64,000 bases of DNA from Mobula birostris. Its lineage: Eukaryota. Both the position numbers and the translations under genes were made by a program. Below, in pieces: positions 1-13,449 of this stretch. Location of the stretch: contig NC_092370.1 of NCBI RefSeq assembly GCF_030028105.1, positions 108,700,793 to 108,764,792 of the forward strand. The letters run 5' to 3'. Position 1 is the first letter of the stretch. Each line of letters begins with the position of its first letter. Under the pieces are notes generated by a model that was not told where the DNA came from, ran no database searches, and was given only the letters and a program-made list of their open reading frames with translations.

Positions 1-1716
1 TGCTTTATCCATGCTAGAATCTTTCCTATAATACCATGAGCTCATAGCTTGTTAAGCAGCCTCATGTGTGGCATCTTGGCAAAGGCCTTCTGAAAATCCA
101 ACTACACAACATCAGCCAATTCTCTTTTCGTCTATCCTGTTTGTTATTTCTTCAAAAAATTCCAACACATTTGTCAGACACGATTTTCCCTTGAGGAAAA
201 CATGCTGACTACTGCGTATTTCATCATGTGCCTCCAAGTGCCCTGAGGCCACATCCTTAATAATCGGTTTCAGCATCTTCCCAACCACTCAAGTCAGGCT
301 AACTGGCCTATAGTTTCCTTTCTTCTGCCCTTCCCCCTTCTTGAAGAGTAGAACGACATTTGCAATTTTCCTGTCTTCTGGAACCATTCCAGAATCTATT
401 GATTCTTAAAAGATCATAACTAATGCCTCCACCATCTCTTCAGCCACCTCTTTCAGAACCTGGGATATACACCATGTAGTTTAGGTCACCTATCTACCTT
501 TAGACCTTTCAGTTTCCCCAAGAACCTTCTCTCTAGAAATGTAACTTCACATAATACATCACTTCTGACAACTGGAACTTCCACCATATTGCTAGTGTCT
601 TCCACAGAGAAAACTAATACAAAATACTTATTTTCTTCGTCCATCATTTCCTTGTCCCCCATTACTACCTCTCCAGCATAATTTTCCAGCAGTCTGATAT
701 CGACTCTCGCCTCTCTTTTATACTTTATGTATCTGAAGAAACTTTTGGCATCCTCTTTAATATTATTGGCTAGCTTACTTTCATATTCAATCTTTACCTT
801 CTTAATTACTTTTTTAGTTCCCTTCTGATGCTTTTTTAAAAGCTATCATATCCTCTAACTTCCCACTAATATTTCCTCTACTATATGTCTTCTCTTTGGC
901 TTTTATTTAACTTGTTAGGCACAGTTGTGTCATATTTCCTTTAGAATTATTCTTCCTCATTGGGATGCATATATCCTCTGCCTTCCAAATTGCTTCCAGA
1001 AATTCCAACCACTACTGCTCTGCTGTCACCCCCGCTAGTGTTTTTTCCAATCAATTCTGGGCAACTCCTCTTTCACGGCTCTGTAATTCCTTTTACTCCA
1101 CTGTAATACTGATACTGTACATCTGATTTTAGCTTTTCCTTCTCAAATTTCAGTGTGACTTCAATCATATTATGATCACTTTCCCTGAAGTTCTTTTACT
1201 TTAAGCTCTATAATCACGTCCGGTTCATTACACAACACCCAATCCAGAATAGCTGATCCTCTAGGCACTCTAGAATTTCCCTCTCTTGGAATCCAGCACC
1301 AACCTGATTTTCCCAATCTACCTGCATATTGAAGTCCCCCATGATGATTGTAACATTGCCCTTTTGGCATACATTTTCTAACTCCCTGTGTAATTTGCAG
1401 ACCACATCCTTACTACTGTTTGGGGGTCTGTATAAAACTCCTTTCAGGATCTTTTTACCCTTGCAAATCCTTAGCTCTATCCACAGTGAATCAACACCTT
1501 CCAACCCTATGTCATTTGATTTGATTTCACTTTTTACTTTTCACCTTTTAATGAACAGAGCAATGCTACACCCTCTGCCTTCCTGCCTGTCCTTTCTATA
1601 TAATATCTTTTATTGGACGTTAAGCTCCCAGCTATAATCTTATTTCAGCCATGATTCACTGATGCCTACAACATCAAACATGCCAATCTGTAACGGTGCT
1701 AAAAGTTCATCTACCT
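1..1716 (-). mobile_element. CR1/HER1-like LINE fragment (APE endonuclease to start of RT), runs off the window
   Basis: ORF 1214-1504(-) has GVLYRPP and IIMGDFN endonuclease motifs. DFQKAF..MPH-type RT motif near 60-100. Many frameshifts. Confidence 0.9.
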
Positions 1717-3829
1717 GGTAATGTTGCATTATGTCAATTCATCAATATTGTAAACAAAGCAACAACTTGAAATTATATATCCTTTAAAAATTGCAAAAGA
1801 GCCCAAACAATTAAACAAAATGGATGCCAGTCCATTAAGGGAATTGACCAAAGGTTTCTTACAATTTCTTTCCAAGAGGTGGAGAGGTGGAGGATATTAA
1901 AACTGTAATTTCCGAGTGTGGATTCTAAGTATTCATGAAAACATACTCTTGAAAGCATGGTGACTGGAAAAGAAGAACTAAAATCTAGGGTTTTCTCACC
2001 ATCACTATTACAAAAGATTTCATGGAAAAATAGTGACAGTATACACTGTGTCATTCACTCTCTCAGACTGGCAACATCATGTAGTCAGATATTAGTTGAT
2101 CGGCATCCCAACTCTATTTTCCCATTTTTATTCCATTTGTCTTGAGGCCATCACCAAACAAAAAATGTCTGCCTTGAAGGCTTAAACTGTCTCAGCATTA
2201 ACAGACTTTCGAAGGAGTGAGCTCACCGAACAAAATTATGTTAAGCTAACAAAATGAAGTGCAGAAAACATTTTTAATAATGATAGAAAGAAGTTGCAAG
2301 TATTTACCCATATACTTCACATTTTGCACATTTGAACAGAGCATCAGTGAGGAACAATTAAAACCAGACTTACAAAACACATTAAAAAGCCAATTACTTA
2401 TCAATCATTGATTGAACACACTGAGACCACAAGGATTCCATTCATACCTTTATTGTACTAAGTTTTCACAATGTTCTTATTACTGTATACTAAACAAACT
2501 ACCATTTGAATTGAATAAGACAATGTTGATTAACAATGGTGGTATCATATAAACATAATGATGATTGACAATGTAATACATAAATGTATTAGGATATTAA
2601 TTGAAATGATGACTAACATATTCTAAATGATGACAAGGAAATAATCACATAGAAGTAATATATGAAAGAAAGACCATACTGTACTTCCTGGGCAGTCCAT
2701 TAGGATTTGTTTCCACTCTTGTTCTACGGGTTCTAAATTTCGATCGAAGCAAGTATGAGATCCTCATGAGCCGCCTTAGGTGAGCAATTTGGGAAATGCT
2801 CTCTTTGCATTCTCAGTGTTTCATGAGGCACGGAACAAGTAAGAAGCTGCAGTTTTTGAAGGAGGCTTTGGAAACATACTGGAACTTTTTCAGTGTCTAC
2901 CTAGCGATTTCTTCCCACAATGGATTATCTATCACACCAGATTGGAACAGATTAACTATTTTAAGAGTCTGAAGTCATGAATGCAATTTACCTGCCCAGG
3001 ACCTCAATCATGGACTGGAAAGGATGCCAGTCATCACATTGATTCACTCATCCTCCAGTGGATTTGGAGAATGTTGTGGAAACAGCAAGAATGGTCACTT
3101 TGATCATTTTGCACTAAAATAGACTTCATTTTTTTTGTTCTAATTGTGTTCCTTCTTGTAAAAATTATATATAACTTATGTTCAATTGATGTTTTTCTTG
3201 TAAATACTGCTTATGTGATGCTATGTGCCTGAAATACTGCTGTGAGTAAGCTCATTACTGAACTTATGCATTTGACAATAAACTCAACATTGACTTTGGC
3301 TTTGACACACCTCCAGTTCTTTGCATAGTAGGTGTAAATAATCCCAACCTCACACTCATGTGAAATTACAAAGGCATCTTCATTACCATCAGCTTGATAA
3401 GTGCTGACTACCACCTATGTTGCTCTGTCATCTTGAGGTGGCATGCCCCAAAATTGTGGTGCCACAACAGTTGGACCTCTACAAAATCCAGCATTTTGAG
3501 CACCTATAAAGGGACTCTTGATTTTCCCAGAAGAAAACACTTGGACTAGTTTGATGAGAACGACTGGGTTACTTTAGAGCTATTTCACTGTAAATGAAAT
3601 GTTCCTGGATTAGAAATTGCCCAAAGGGAAGCAAGTCCTTTCTACAGACACCTGAACAATGAGGTTCAACAGAAAATCTAATGACCAATAGGTCGGATGT
3701 TGGAGAAACTGAACTTGAACTATCTATAGACAATATCTCAAGGTGATGCAAGATAACCACAGACTTTCCCTTCATTATACTTCCAAATTGACAAGTGAAT
3801 TATTGTGAGCAGCCTTACACTTACAACTA

Positions 3830-4060
3830 CTCTGCAGTGGATGGTCCCAAACCTGACCGTGAAAGGAGATGGGTTGGGCATGGGGCTAACAACTATATCC
3901 CACTGAAAACCCAGAGTCGCTCCAAAGATCTCATTCCTGGAAGAGGAAGGGTCTTCAAAGATGGGCTAACATAGGGACAACTTGAAAGACTAGCTCTGGA
4001 CTGGGAAGCTGCTGTCATTAACCTGTGCCCCAGTAGGGGTAAAGGGCTTAAGTAAGCAAG
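3830..4060 (+). mobile_element. Short RTE-related non-autonomous retroelement
   Basis: RTE-type gggttgggcatggggcta segment and a (taag)n-like 3' tail (cttaagtaagcaagc). Confidence 0.5.
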
Positions 4061-4089
4061 CAACACAAACAACCCCAGCACTGAGGCGC

Positions 4090-4520
4090 CGTTAATTCAG
4101 TTGGCTCTGATGGGCAGGACATTGCTGATACCAACTTCCAAAAGCAGGCACTTTACTTCAAGTTACTTTATGGCAAGGAATTGCCAGGTGAACAGCAGAA
4201 AAGATTCAAAGATATTCTCAGTCTGTTTGAAAATGTGCAGCATTCTCACCATCAAGCAGAAATTCCTAGTCCATGGCTGCTCACTGAAGAGCTGGAGTAC
4301 TCAGAGTAGTTTGAGAACCATGAGACCTTGTGTTCAGAACATATCAAAGCCCAGCATGAATGATGGAAAGAGTGCACCATCTCCCAGCAGGTACCTGCCT
4401 CAACAGTGGCAAGTCCAGGATCCCACAATAGCTTCATTAGAATCTACAGTACTGGTGTGAAAGCAGGTCATCATTGGCTCCAAGGAATCACCTAAAAAGA
4501 TGGGATTGAGCTATTGCTCA
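4090..4520 (+). mobile_element. Decayed RTE-clade LINE 3' ORF fragment
   Basis: Frameshifted similarity to the RTE C-terminal pattern (DT.LPKQ.L...RKRFKD.L...LK.C.I). Confidence 0.45.
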
Positions 4521-4604
4521 AAACATCATGTGCAAAAGCAATTCAAGTATACCTTTTGGCTACAAAGGTAATGACAGCACATCCAGGGTTAAGACAGTGT
4601 AGCT

Positions 4605-6086
4605 TTAATAGGAAGTAAGCTTTTAAAAACCTACAAAAGACAACTAAAAAAGTCATTAAGAAGGTAAAGGTGGAATATGAATGTAAGCTAGCCAATAATC
4701 TTAAAGAAGATATCAAAAGTTTCTTCAGATATATAAAGTGTAGAAGAGAACTAAGGGTGGATACTGGACCGTTGGAAAATGAGGGTGGAGAGGTAATAAT
4801 GGGGGACAACAAAATGGAAGACAAACTGAAAAGTATTATGCCCCAATTAAGGATGAGGTCTCAGGGGGCACATAATAAAATAGGCTGAAGTCAGCATGGT
4901 TTCCCCAAGGGAAAATTTTATCTGACAAAACTGTTGGAATTCCTTGAAGAAATAACAAGCAGGATAAACAAAGCAAAATCAGTAGATGTACTTCGATTTT
5001 CAGAAGGCTTTTGACAAGGTGCCACACATGAGGCTACTTAACAAGTTATGAGCCCATGGTGTTACAGGACAGATTCTAGAATGGATAAAGCAGTGACTGC
5101 TTGACAAGAGGAAAAGATGGGAATAAAGGGAGCCTTTTCTGGCTGGATGCCAGTGACTAGTAGTGTTCTAGAGGGGTCTGTGTTGAGACCGATTGTTTTT
5201 ACGTTATGTTAATGATTTGGATGTTGACATTGATGGCTTTATTGGAAAATTTATAGATAATAAAAGATGGCAGATGAAATACAGTGCTGGGAAGTATATG
5301 TTCATGCACTTTGGTAGAAGAAATGAAAGGGGTTGACTATTTTCTAAATGGATTGAAAATACAAAAAAAAACTAAGGCGCAAAGCAACTTGGACCTCTTG
5401 TGCAGGATCCCCTGAAGGTTTATTTGCAGGTTGAGTCGGTGGTGAGGAAGGCAAATGCAACGTTAGCATTCATTTCAAGAGGACTAGAATATAAAAGCAA
5501 GGATGTAATGCTGAAATTTTACAAGCTGGTGAGGCCTCACTTGGACTATTGTGAGCAATTTTGGGCCCCTTATCTTAGAAAGGATATGCTGAAATTGGAG
5601 AGGGTTCAATGGAGTTTCACAAAGATTATTCCAGGACTGAGTGGATGTCATATGAAGAGTGTTTGATGGCTCTTGGCCTGTATTCACTAGAACTCAGAAG
5701 GAGAAGGGACCTAATTGAAACCTGTTTAATAGTGAAAGGCCTTAATACAGTGGATATGGAGTGAATGGTTTCTGTGGTGGGACAGTCTAGGAACAGAGGA
5801 CACAGCCTCAGAATAGAGGGGCATCCTTTTAGAATGGAGATGAGGATGAATTTCTTTAGCCAGAGAGGGGCAAAACTGTGGAATTCTTTGCCACAGCCTG
5901 CTTTGGAGACCAAGTCTTTATGCATATTTAAGGCAGAGGTTGATAGATTATTAATTGGTCAGAGGATGAAGTGATACACGCCAGAAGACTGAAGCTGAGA
6001 AGAAAATTGGATCAGCCATGATGAAATGGCGAAGCAGACTGGACGGGCCAAATGGACTAATTCTGCCCCTATATCTTATGGTCTTT
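4605..6086 (+). mobile_element. CR1-like LINE, 5'-truncated with deletions, 3' end present
   Basis: DFQKAFDKVPH, LVRPHLDYCEQFWAPYLRKD and RGHSLRI...NFFSQR motifs. CR1-type 3' tail tatatcttatggtc. Confidence 0.92.
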
Positions 6087-6949
6087 AAAAGTAATTGCTT
6101 TGTATTAATATCCTTAAAATCCTCAAGAAACCAATATTCATTACTGCACTTTCATGTTAAGAAGTTCATTGCACCAGAGGAATGTGCAGTGTGCGTAGCA
6201 ATCTGAGAGTTTAGAAATTAATATTTCGTTATTGCACAATGATTACTCCATTTTGTTCATGCAAATACTGAAGAAATTTGTTGTGACAAAGAAATGCTTC
6301 TCAAGCTTGTAAATAAGTTGTTGCGAAGGGACGTCTAACATGTGAGGAAATGCATTTGTTTATAATTTATGGATGTTTGCATAGTCCGGACATAACCCTA
6401 TTTCAGCAGATTTTTCAACAACTGACAAGGTCCACCGTTCAAATCGCAGAATTTTTATCCTGCTCCTCAGCCTTCCCACCCAACAACAATCTTCTCGAAA
6501 TACTTACAATCAATTGAAAGTGACCAAAAACCACCTCATCGCAAGAAAATAAAGTTCAGGCTAGGATCCGTTTTTTTTAAAAGCATGCTTTTTCTACCTA
6601 CCATGAAGAAGTGTAGACATTATCAGATCATTCAGGGAGCAGATCGCAAATTTAAATCATTGTTTAATATGTACAGGCACATTATAATACACTCGCCGAA
6701 GTTGAAGACCAACTTGCGTAAATTTTTATTTATTTAAACATAGCAAACCGGACAGAAAATATCTTAGTGAAGCAAGCCGATTCACTTCCTGGACAAGTTA
6801 AAAAGATTGCAGAACAGACAATTTTTCGACATTAGCAGCTACATAAAAAAAGACAACCAACCTTTGACTGGCTTGCAGCTCAAAGTGTTCCTAGTTTGAA
6901 GAATCCTAAAAACACCAATCATCGAAGTATCAAAATTTAGGTTTTACCC

Positions 6950-7560
6950 CAGGTTTCCGACTCACTTTAATCGTCGAGTTTTCTGCAGTGTGTGTTTTTT
7001 TTTCACTTGCTCACGTCCGGAGTGCCTTCCTCTCCACTGGACTGCGTGCCTGTATGTGTTACGATACAGGAACCAGCTCCGCTAGCTTTAGTGACCTGAA
7101 GCCAGCGGCTACGAGTTCCTCACTATTCGGGTCTCCGGGACACAACTCTCTCCTTTACTCATTTGCAACTTTGCAGATCCCAACTAAAAGAAAAGCTGAA
7201 TAGGGCAAAACTTCCTTGCTCATCCGGTCTTTATATAACTTCTTTTTTCTTTTCTCCAATCAATGCAAAATTCCACACCCCAAAATCGCACTTCGTCTTC
7301 TTCAGCCGCCTAACTTCGACCCTCAATCTCTGTTTCTTACTTTCAACCACCCCACTGTTTTTTTCCGTGTGAAAGTTCGGCATATGCGTGCGTCAATGTA
7401 ATATGAGCACCAGAAAACCATGACGTGGCGCACACCGCCTCATCTTCTGTAATTGGCACTGCACACATACACACCCGTACCGTACTGTATTAGATGTAGA
7501 AAAGACTGCACACCGCGGAATTGTCCCAGGTATTAGGCGGCGAGCACCAATTACTTAGTT
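6950..7560. promoter_or_regulatory. CpG-enriched promoter-like region, gene not identified (possibly minus strand)
   Basis: Local CpG enrichment in a CpG-depleted background, TGACGTGG at 7421-7428, minus-strand donor-like GTGAG at 7010-7014 and 6961-6965. Confidence 0.4.
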
Positions 7561-8816
7561 AACATCAACTGAAGTCAACCCACAGCTGTCAGGAAAAAAA
7601 AATTAAGAATTAACTTTAGGCATAACTGAAATAGATTGTTAATATATAGATGCTTAATTTTCAAGATTTTTTGTCCAAGTGGTGTGTATTGTCACGTGCA
7701 CAAGCACAGTGAGGTACAGGTACAATCAAAAACTTGCTTTCAGCAACATCGCAGACACAAAAAAATACATAAATTATGACTTAGGAGCAGAATGAGGCCA
7801 TTTGGCCCATCAAGTCTACTCCACCATTTCATCATGGCTCAACCCCATTTGCCTGCCTTCTCCCTGTAACTGTTCACACCCTGACTAATCAAGAAACTAT
7901 CAATCTTTGCCTTAAGTACACCCAATGACCTGGCCTCCACGGTGGCCTGTGACAATGAATTCCACAGATTCACCAGCCTCTGGCTGAAGAAATTCCTCCT
8001 CATCTCCATTCTAAATGGACGATCCTCTATTCTGAGGCTATACCCTCTGGTCCTAGACTCCCTCACCATTGGAAACATCCTCACCACATCCTGCCTCATT
8101 TTTCTAAATTCCAGCAAGTAAAGACCTAGAGACATCAATCGCTTCTCATATGATAAGCCTTTCATTTCCAGAATCATTTTTGTGAACTTCCCAGGAACCT
8201 TTTCTAATGTCAGAACATTCTTTTAAAAAAAGAGACTCAAAACTGCCTACAATACTCCAAGTAAGTCTGATTTTATTCCTTCTACCAAAGTGTAACACCA
8301 TACACTCCCGACACTGTATTCCATCTGCCACTTTCTTTGCCCATTCTCCTAAGCTGTCTAAGTCCTTTTGTAGCCTCCCTTCTTCCTCAACACTACCTCC
8401 CCCTCCACCTATCTTCGTATCGTCTTCAAACATAGCCACAAAACCATAATTTCTGCCATTTAAATCATTGAAATACAATGTAAAGAGAAGCAGACCCCCG
8501 CATTGACCTCTGCAGAACACACAAATCACTGGCAGTCAACCAGAAAAAGCTCCCTTTATTCTCACTCTTTCCTCCTGCCAACCAGCCAATGCTCTAGCTA
8601 TGCTTGTATCTTTTCTGTAATACCATGGGCTCTTAACAGCCTCATGTGTGCAACTTATCAAAGGCTTTCTGAAAATCTAAGTGAATTAACATCCACCAAT
8701 TCTCCTTCGTCTACCCTACTTGTGCTATTCTCAAAGAATTTCAACAAATTTGTCGGGCAAGGTTTTTCCCTTAAGGAAACCATGCTGACTTCAGCCTAGT
8801 CTATTGAGTGCCTCCA

Positions 8817-9397
8817 GGGTACTGGTGAGGCTGTACCTGGAGTATTGTGTGCAATTCTGGTCTCATTACTTGAGGAAGGATATACTGACTTTGGAGGCAG
8901 TGCAGACGAGGTTCACCAGGTTGATTCCAGAGATGAGGGGGTTAGACTATGAGGAGAGACTGAGTCGCCTGGGACTGTACTCACTGGAATTCAGAAGAAT
9001 GAGAGGAGATCTTATAGAAACATATAAAATTATGAAGGGGATAGATACGATAGAGGCAGGAAAGTTGTTTCCACTGGTAGGTGAGACTAGAACTAGAGGA
9101 CATAGCCTCAAGATTCAGGGGAGTAGATTTAAGACAGAGATGAGGAGAAACTGCTTTTCCCAGAGAGTGGTGAATCTGTGGAATTCTCTGCCCAATGAAG
9201 CAGTGGAGGCTACCTCAGTAAATACATTTAAGACAAGGTTAGATAGATTTTTGCATAGTAAGTTAGTTAAGGGTTATGGGGAAAAGGCAGGTAGGTGGAT
9301 ATGAGTCCATGGCCAGATCAGCCATGATCTTATTGAATGGCGAACACGCTCAGCCAGCCAGATGGCCTTCTCCTGCTCCTATCTCTTATGTTCTTAT
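8817..9397 (+). mobile_element. Younger CR1 3' end nested antisense inside the older CR1
   Basis: Open ORF 8804-9304 (LVRLYLEYCVQFWS...RGHSLKIQG...FSQRVVNLWNSLP) and tail atctcttatgttcttatg. Confidence 0.92.
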
Positions 9398-10325
9398 GTA
9401 CCTCAAAACCTCTTCCTTGATACTGGATGCTAACATATTGCTAACCACTGATGTCAGGCTAACCGGCATATAATTTCCTGTCTTTTGCCTCCCTCCCTTC
9501 CTAAAGAGTAGAATATTCACGATTTTCCAATCCCCCCAGAACCATTACAGAATTCAGTGATTCATGAAAGATCATTACTAATTTCTCCATAGGCTTTTCA
9601 GCTACTTCCTTCAGAACTTCTGGGTGCAGTCCATCTTTCCAGGTAACTTAGACCTTCTGGCTTCCCAAGCACCTTCACTCACTTCTTTCCCCTGACACGC
9701 TTGAACTTCTGGCATTCTGCAGGTGTCTTCTCAGGTGAAGTAGGATGCTAAACACTTATTCATGTTGTCTGCTATTCCCTTGTCCCACATTACTACCTCT
9801 CCAACAGTTTGATAATTACCCTTGCCTCTCATTTATACTTCATGTACCTGAAAATTTTTGGTATTCTCTTTTATATCATTGCCTACCATGCCTTCATATC
9901 ACATCTTTTCTCACCATATTGCTTTCTTTCAGTTGCCTTGTATTGGTTTTCAAGTGTTTCCCAGTCCTCTAATTTCCCACAATATTTTACCATATTGTAT
10001 GCCCTCTCATTTGCTTTTACGTTTTCACTTCCCATACTAACTGACGCAAACAATTTCAGCTTCTCCCTCTCAAACTGCATGGTCAATTCTATCATATTAA
10101 GATCACTGTCTTCTAAAGGTTCCTTTACCTTAAGCTCCTTAATCAAGTCTTGTTCATTACATTCCCCTCCCATGCCAGAATTTCCTTTTCCCTAGTGGGC
10201 TTAACCACATGCTACTCTAAAAATCAATCTAAGCATTCTACAAATCCCTTCTCTTGGGATACAGCATCAATGTGATTTTCCCAATTTACCGACATACTGA
10301 AATACCTCATGAATACCCCGTAACA

Positions 10326-10458
10326 GGTCCTGACAAAGGGTCTCGGCCCGAAACGTCGACTGTACCTCTTCCTAGAGATGCTGTCTGGCCTGCTGCATTC
10401 ACCAGCAACTTTTATGCATGTTGCTTGAAATTCCAGCATCTGCAGATTTCCTCGTGTT
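10326..10458 (+). mobile_element. Penelope-derived short repeat with hammerhead-like motif
   Basis: ggtc-CTGACAA-agggtctcggccc-GAAAC-GTC-gact followed by ...ccagcatctgcagatttc, the same terminus as the GIY-YIG Penelope at 37774. Confidence 0.8.
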
Positions 10459-10734
10459 TACTGATCTTTTTACATGGCTTTTCATTCTCCCATTGTAATT
10501 TAAAGCATTTTTGCATGGCTTTTCTGTTTCCCTTTAAAACTTGAACCCCACATCCTGGCTGCTTTTTGGAGGCCTGCATATAACTCCCATCAGGGTCTTT
10601 TTACCTAGCCGTTTCTTAACTCTACCCACAAGGATTCTGTATCTTCTGATTCTATGAACTAAGAAAATTTAGAACTAAGAACATTGCAAGAAAAATCAGA
10701 AAGAGGCCATTTAGTCTTTAATAAGATGTGATTA

Positions 10735-11165
10735 ACATACGAGGTGATGTACTCACTGGAGTTTAGAAGAATGAGGGGGGATCTCACTGAAACCTACTGA
10801 ATATTGAAAGGTCTAGATGGAGTGATCATAGAGAGGGTGTTTCCTATAGTGGGAGAGTTCATAACCAAAGAGCACTGCCTCAGAGTGAAAGAACCTACCT
10901 TTAGAAATGAGATGAGGAGGAATATCTTTAGTCAAAGCGTAGTGAAACTGTGAAATTCATTGCCAGAGCTGATTGTGGTGACAAAGTCATTTGGGATATT
11001 TAAAGTGGAAGTTGATAAGGTCTTCATTAGTCAGTGTGTCAAAGGTTACTGGGAGAGAGCAAGAGAATGAGATTGAGAGGGAAAATAAATCAGCCACAAT
11101 CAAATGGTGGAGTGGACTCAATAGGCTGAATGGCAGAATTCTGCTCCTATCTCTTATGGTCTTCT
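10735..11165 (+). mobile_element. CR1 3' fragment
   Basis: tactcactggagtttagaagaatgaggggggatctc... through ctcctatctcttatggtc. Confidence 0.85.
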
Positions 11166-11338
11166 GATCCAAAATGCTCTCATACTACACCAGCTTTTCT
11201 CATTGCAGATACAGTTAAACTACTTAATATTCCCTGTATATTTCAATGTCATGGCTGAATACCAAATACTTATATCATAATACTCACAGACAAAATTAGA
11301 AAACAGATATAAGCAGAGAAATTCTATTACACAATATA

Positions 11339-12174
11339 CAGTGGATTCCAGTTAATTAAGCAATCAGTTGATCAGGGCAGCCACATATGGGACAACTCTT
11401 AAAGAAGAAAAAGAATCAAGAAAATAGCCATGATTTCCTTCATTTATTTTGGACACTATGCCGTTTAATTGGAGCTGGAGACTATTGCCAAACATTTTTA
11501 ACTAGTGTCAGTCACGGTGCTCATTGTGTGGCTGTTAGAAACTACACTGTGTTTAGTGCGAATAGTTCTTAAATATAGTCAGTTGCGTGTGTTTGTGTTC
11601 AGAGTGGTAATTTTTAGTACTGATAGTTGGCAAGTAATTAACAGTAAGACAATTCAGAAAATATTTTGCTCTCTGCAGTTTCAAACATTCAGGCTTGGAG
11701 GTGCCAGAAATGGCTGACAGTGCAAATTAAATGATTTCTGTACTTCAATAAATTAGAAACTATGAAGAAGTTGAAAATATCAACAATCATCTTAAATTTT
11801 ACAGTGAAGATTTGGAGGATGCAATCCTTGAAAGCACTATTTGAAGGCAGTCCACCATCTGCACTATGTATCAGCATTAATTTTGTTCATTTATAGTCAA
11901 TCAAAAGAACCTGTCAGTGTATACTGAATATATTCCTCTGTTGATAACTACTGGGAACTAATACAACACTTTTTAAATAATATTGTAGTAGCTTTGGCAG
12001 AGTTCTAAGTTATTCTAAATTTCTAATTTATTCAAATTACATAATTTGTTTCTCAGTTAAATGGTAGTTTGTCTTTTCATACCTTTTTAATTACGTCCAT
12101 GAAACTTGGGGCAGGCGCTCAATTGGGCTAACGTGTACTAGTCCCGAAGTGTCCCAATTAATCGGAATCTACTG
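11339..12174. mobile_element. Non-autonomous Tigger/pogo-like (TcMar) DNA transposon
   Basis: TIRs cagtggattccagttaatt (11339-11357) and aattaatcggaatctactg (12156-12174) match 16/19. TA on the left, TG on the right. Confidence 0.75.
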
Positions 12175-12539
12175 TGCTTTGATGTGGACCTGTAGTAAAT
12201 ACAAAATGCCTGATGATGATGCAATTGAGTAAATCAAACTTAAACTGGCTCTATAGCCCCACCATTGAAAACCTAGAGTGAGTGCACATAAGAAAAAGAA
12301 GTACAGGATATTTCAAAATAATTTTTTTTAATGAAAATACAGTGACAATTATATACTTATTCCTCTTTTAATTTTTTTCTCAACTTCTTTGAGCTGGTTA
12401 AACTGAAAGAAGGTGAAATGGCACAATCTCAGGCCAGTAATTTATGATCAAGGGGCCCTAGGGCAAGTTGTAGCACAGTCAGGTGCTGACTGTTCTGCTC
12501 CAACATCATGCCCAGATCCAGAAAACCATCCATTATCTT

Positions 12540-12920
12540 TGTATGAGAGTAAGCTCTGAACTACAAGCCCCTGCCCAGTAGGAAGGCTTTCCTTCTTCTT
12601 CCCTGTTCCATTGTGCAGAAGATACCAAGCTTAAAAACACGTACCACCTGGCTCAAGGATAGCTTCTATACTGCTGTTATAAGACTCTTGAACAGATCTT
12701 TTGTACAATAAAGATGAACTCTTGATTTCTCAATCAATCTCAGTATGTTAGTCTAACCACTATATTCTCTGTAACACTATATTCTATATTTTGTTATTAT
12801 TTTGTCTTTTGTAGTACTTTGATATACTTATAATTGGAATAAATGGTCTGTCTGGATGGCGTACAAAACAATGCTTTACACTGTACTTTAGTACATGTGA
12901 CAATAGTAAACAATTACCAA
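12540..12920 (+). mobile_element. Rex1/Babar-like LINE 3' fragment
   Basis: RYQSLKTRTT.LKDSFY.AVIRLLN-type C-terminus, followed by the typical 3' UTR ending gtacatgtgacaatagtaaac. Confidence 0.6.
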
Positions 12921-12951
12921 TTGATTGTTATGGAAATGTGTAGTACTGTAT

Positions 12952-13420
12952 TTAGAAACATAGAAAACCTACAGCACAGTATAGGCCCTTCGGCCCACAA
13001 TGCTTTGCTGAACATGTACTTACTTTAGAAATTACCTAGGGTTACCCATCGCCCTCTATTTTTCTAAGCTCCATGTACCTGTCCAGGAGTCTCTTAAAAG
13101 ACCCTATCGTATCCGCCTCCACCACCGTCAACAACAGCCCTTTCCACGCACTCATCACTCTCTGCATGAAAAACCTACCCCGACATGTCCTCTGTACCTA
13201 CTTCCAAGCACCTTAAAACTGTGCCCTCTCGTGCTAGCCATTTCAGCCCTGGGCAAAAGCTTCTGACTATCCATGCCATCAATACCTCTCATCATCTTAT
13301 ACACCTCTATCAGGTCACCTCTCATCTTCCACCACTCCAAGGAGAAAAGGCCAAGTTCACTCAACCTGTTCTCATAAGGCATGCTCCCCAATCCAGGCAA
13401 CATCCTTGTAAATTTCCTCT
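12952..13420 (-). mobile_element. CR1/HER1 3' end
   Basis: ORF 13155-13589(-): FTRMLPGL...RLSELGLFSLE...RGDLIEVYK. Tail tagaaacatagaaa. Confidence 0.88.
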
Positions 13421-13449
13421 TTAATACCCATGTTTCCATATCTTGATAT

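Larger units (their letters stand above)
7779..10655 (-). mobile_element. CR1-like LINE (host), interrupted by insertions at 8817-9397 and 10326-10458
   Basis: ORFs 7839-8177, 8146-8529 and 9883-10173 give CR1 RT and endonuclease-side fragments. Host sequence gcctcca|...|gtacctcaaaacctc resumes across the insert. Confidence 0.85.

Noticed and set aside
6620-6665. Minus-strand ATGATT...CTGA..CTGA, resembling a C/D box snoRNA
   Set aside because: Box C is imperfect, the unit is too short, and there is no terminal stem or recognisable guide.
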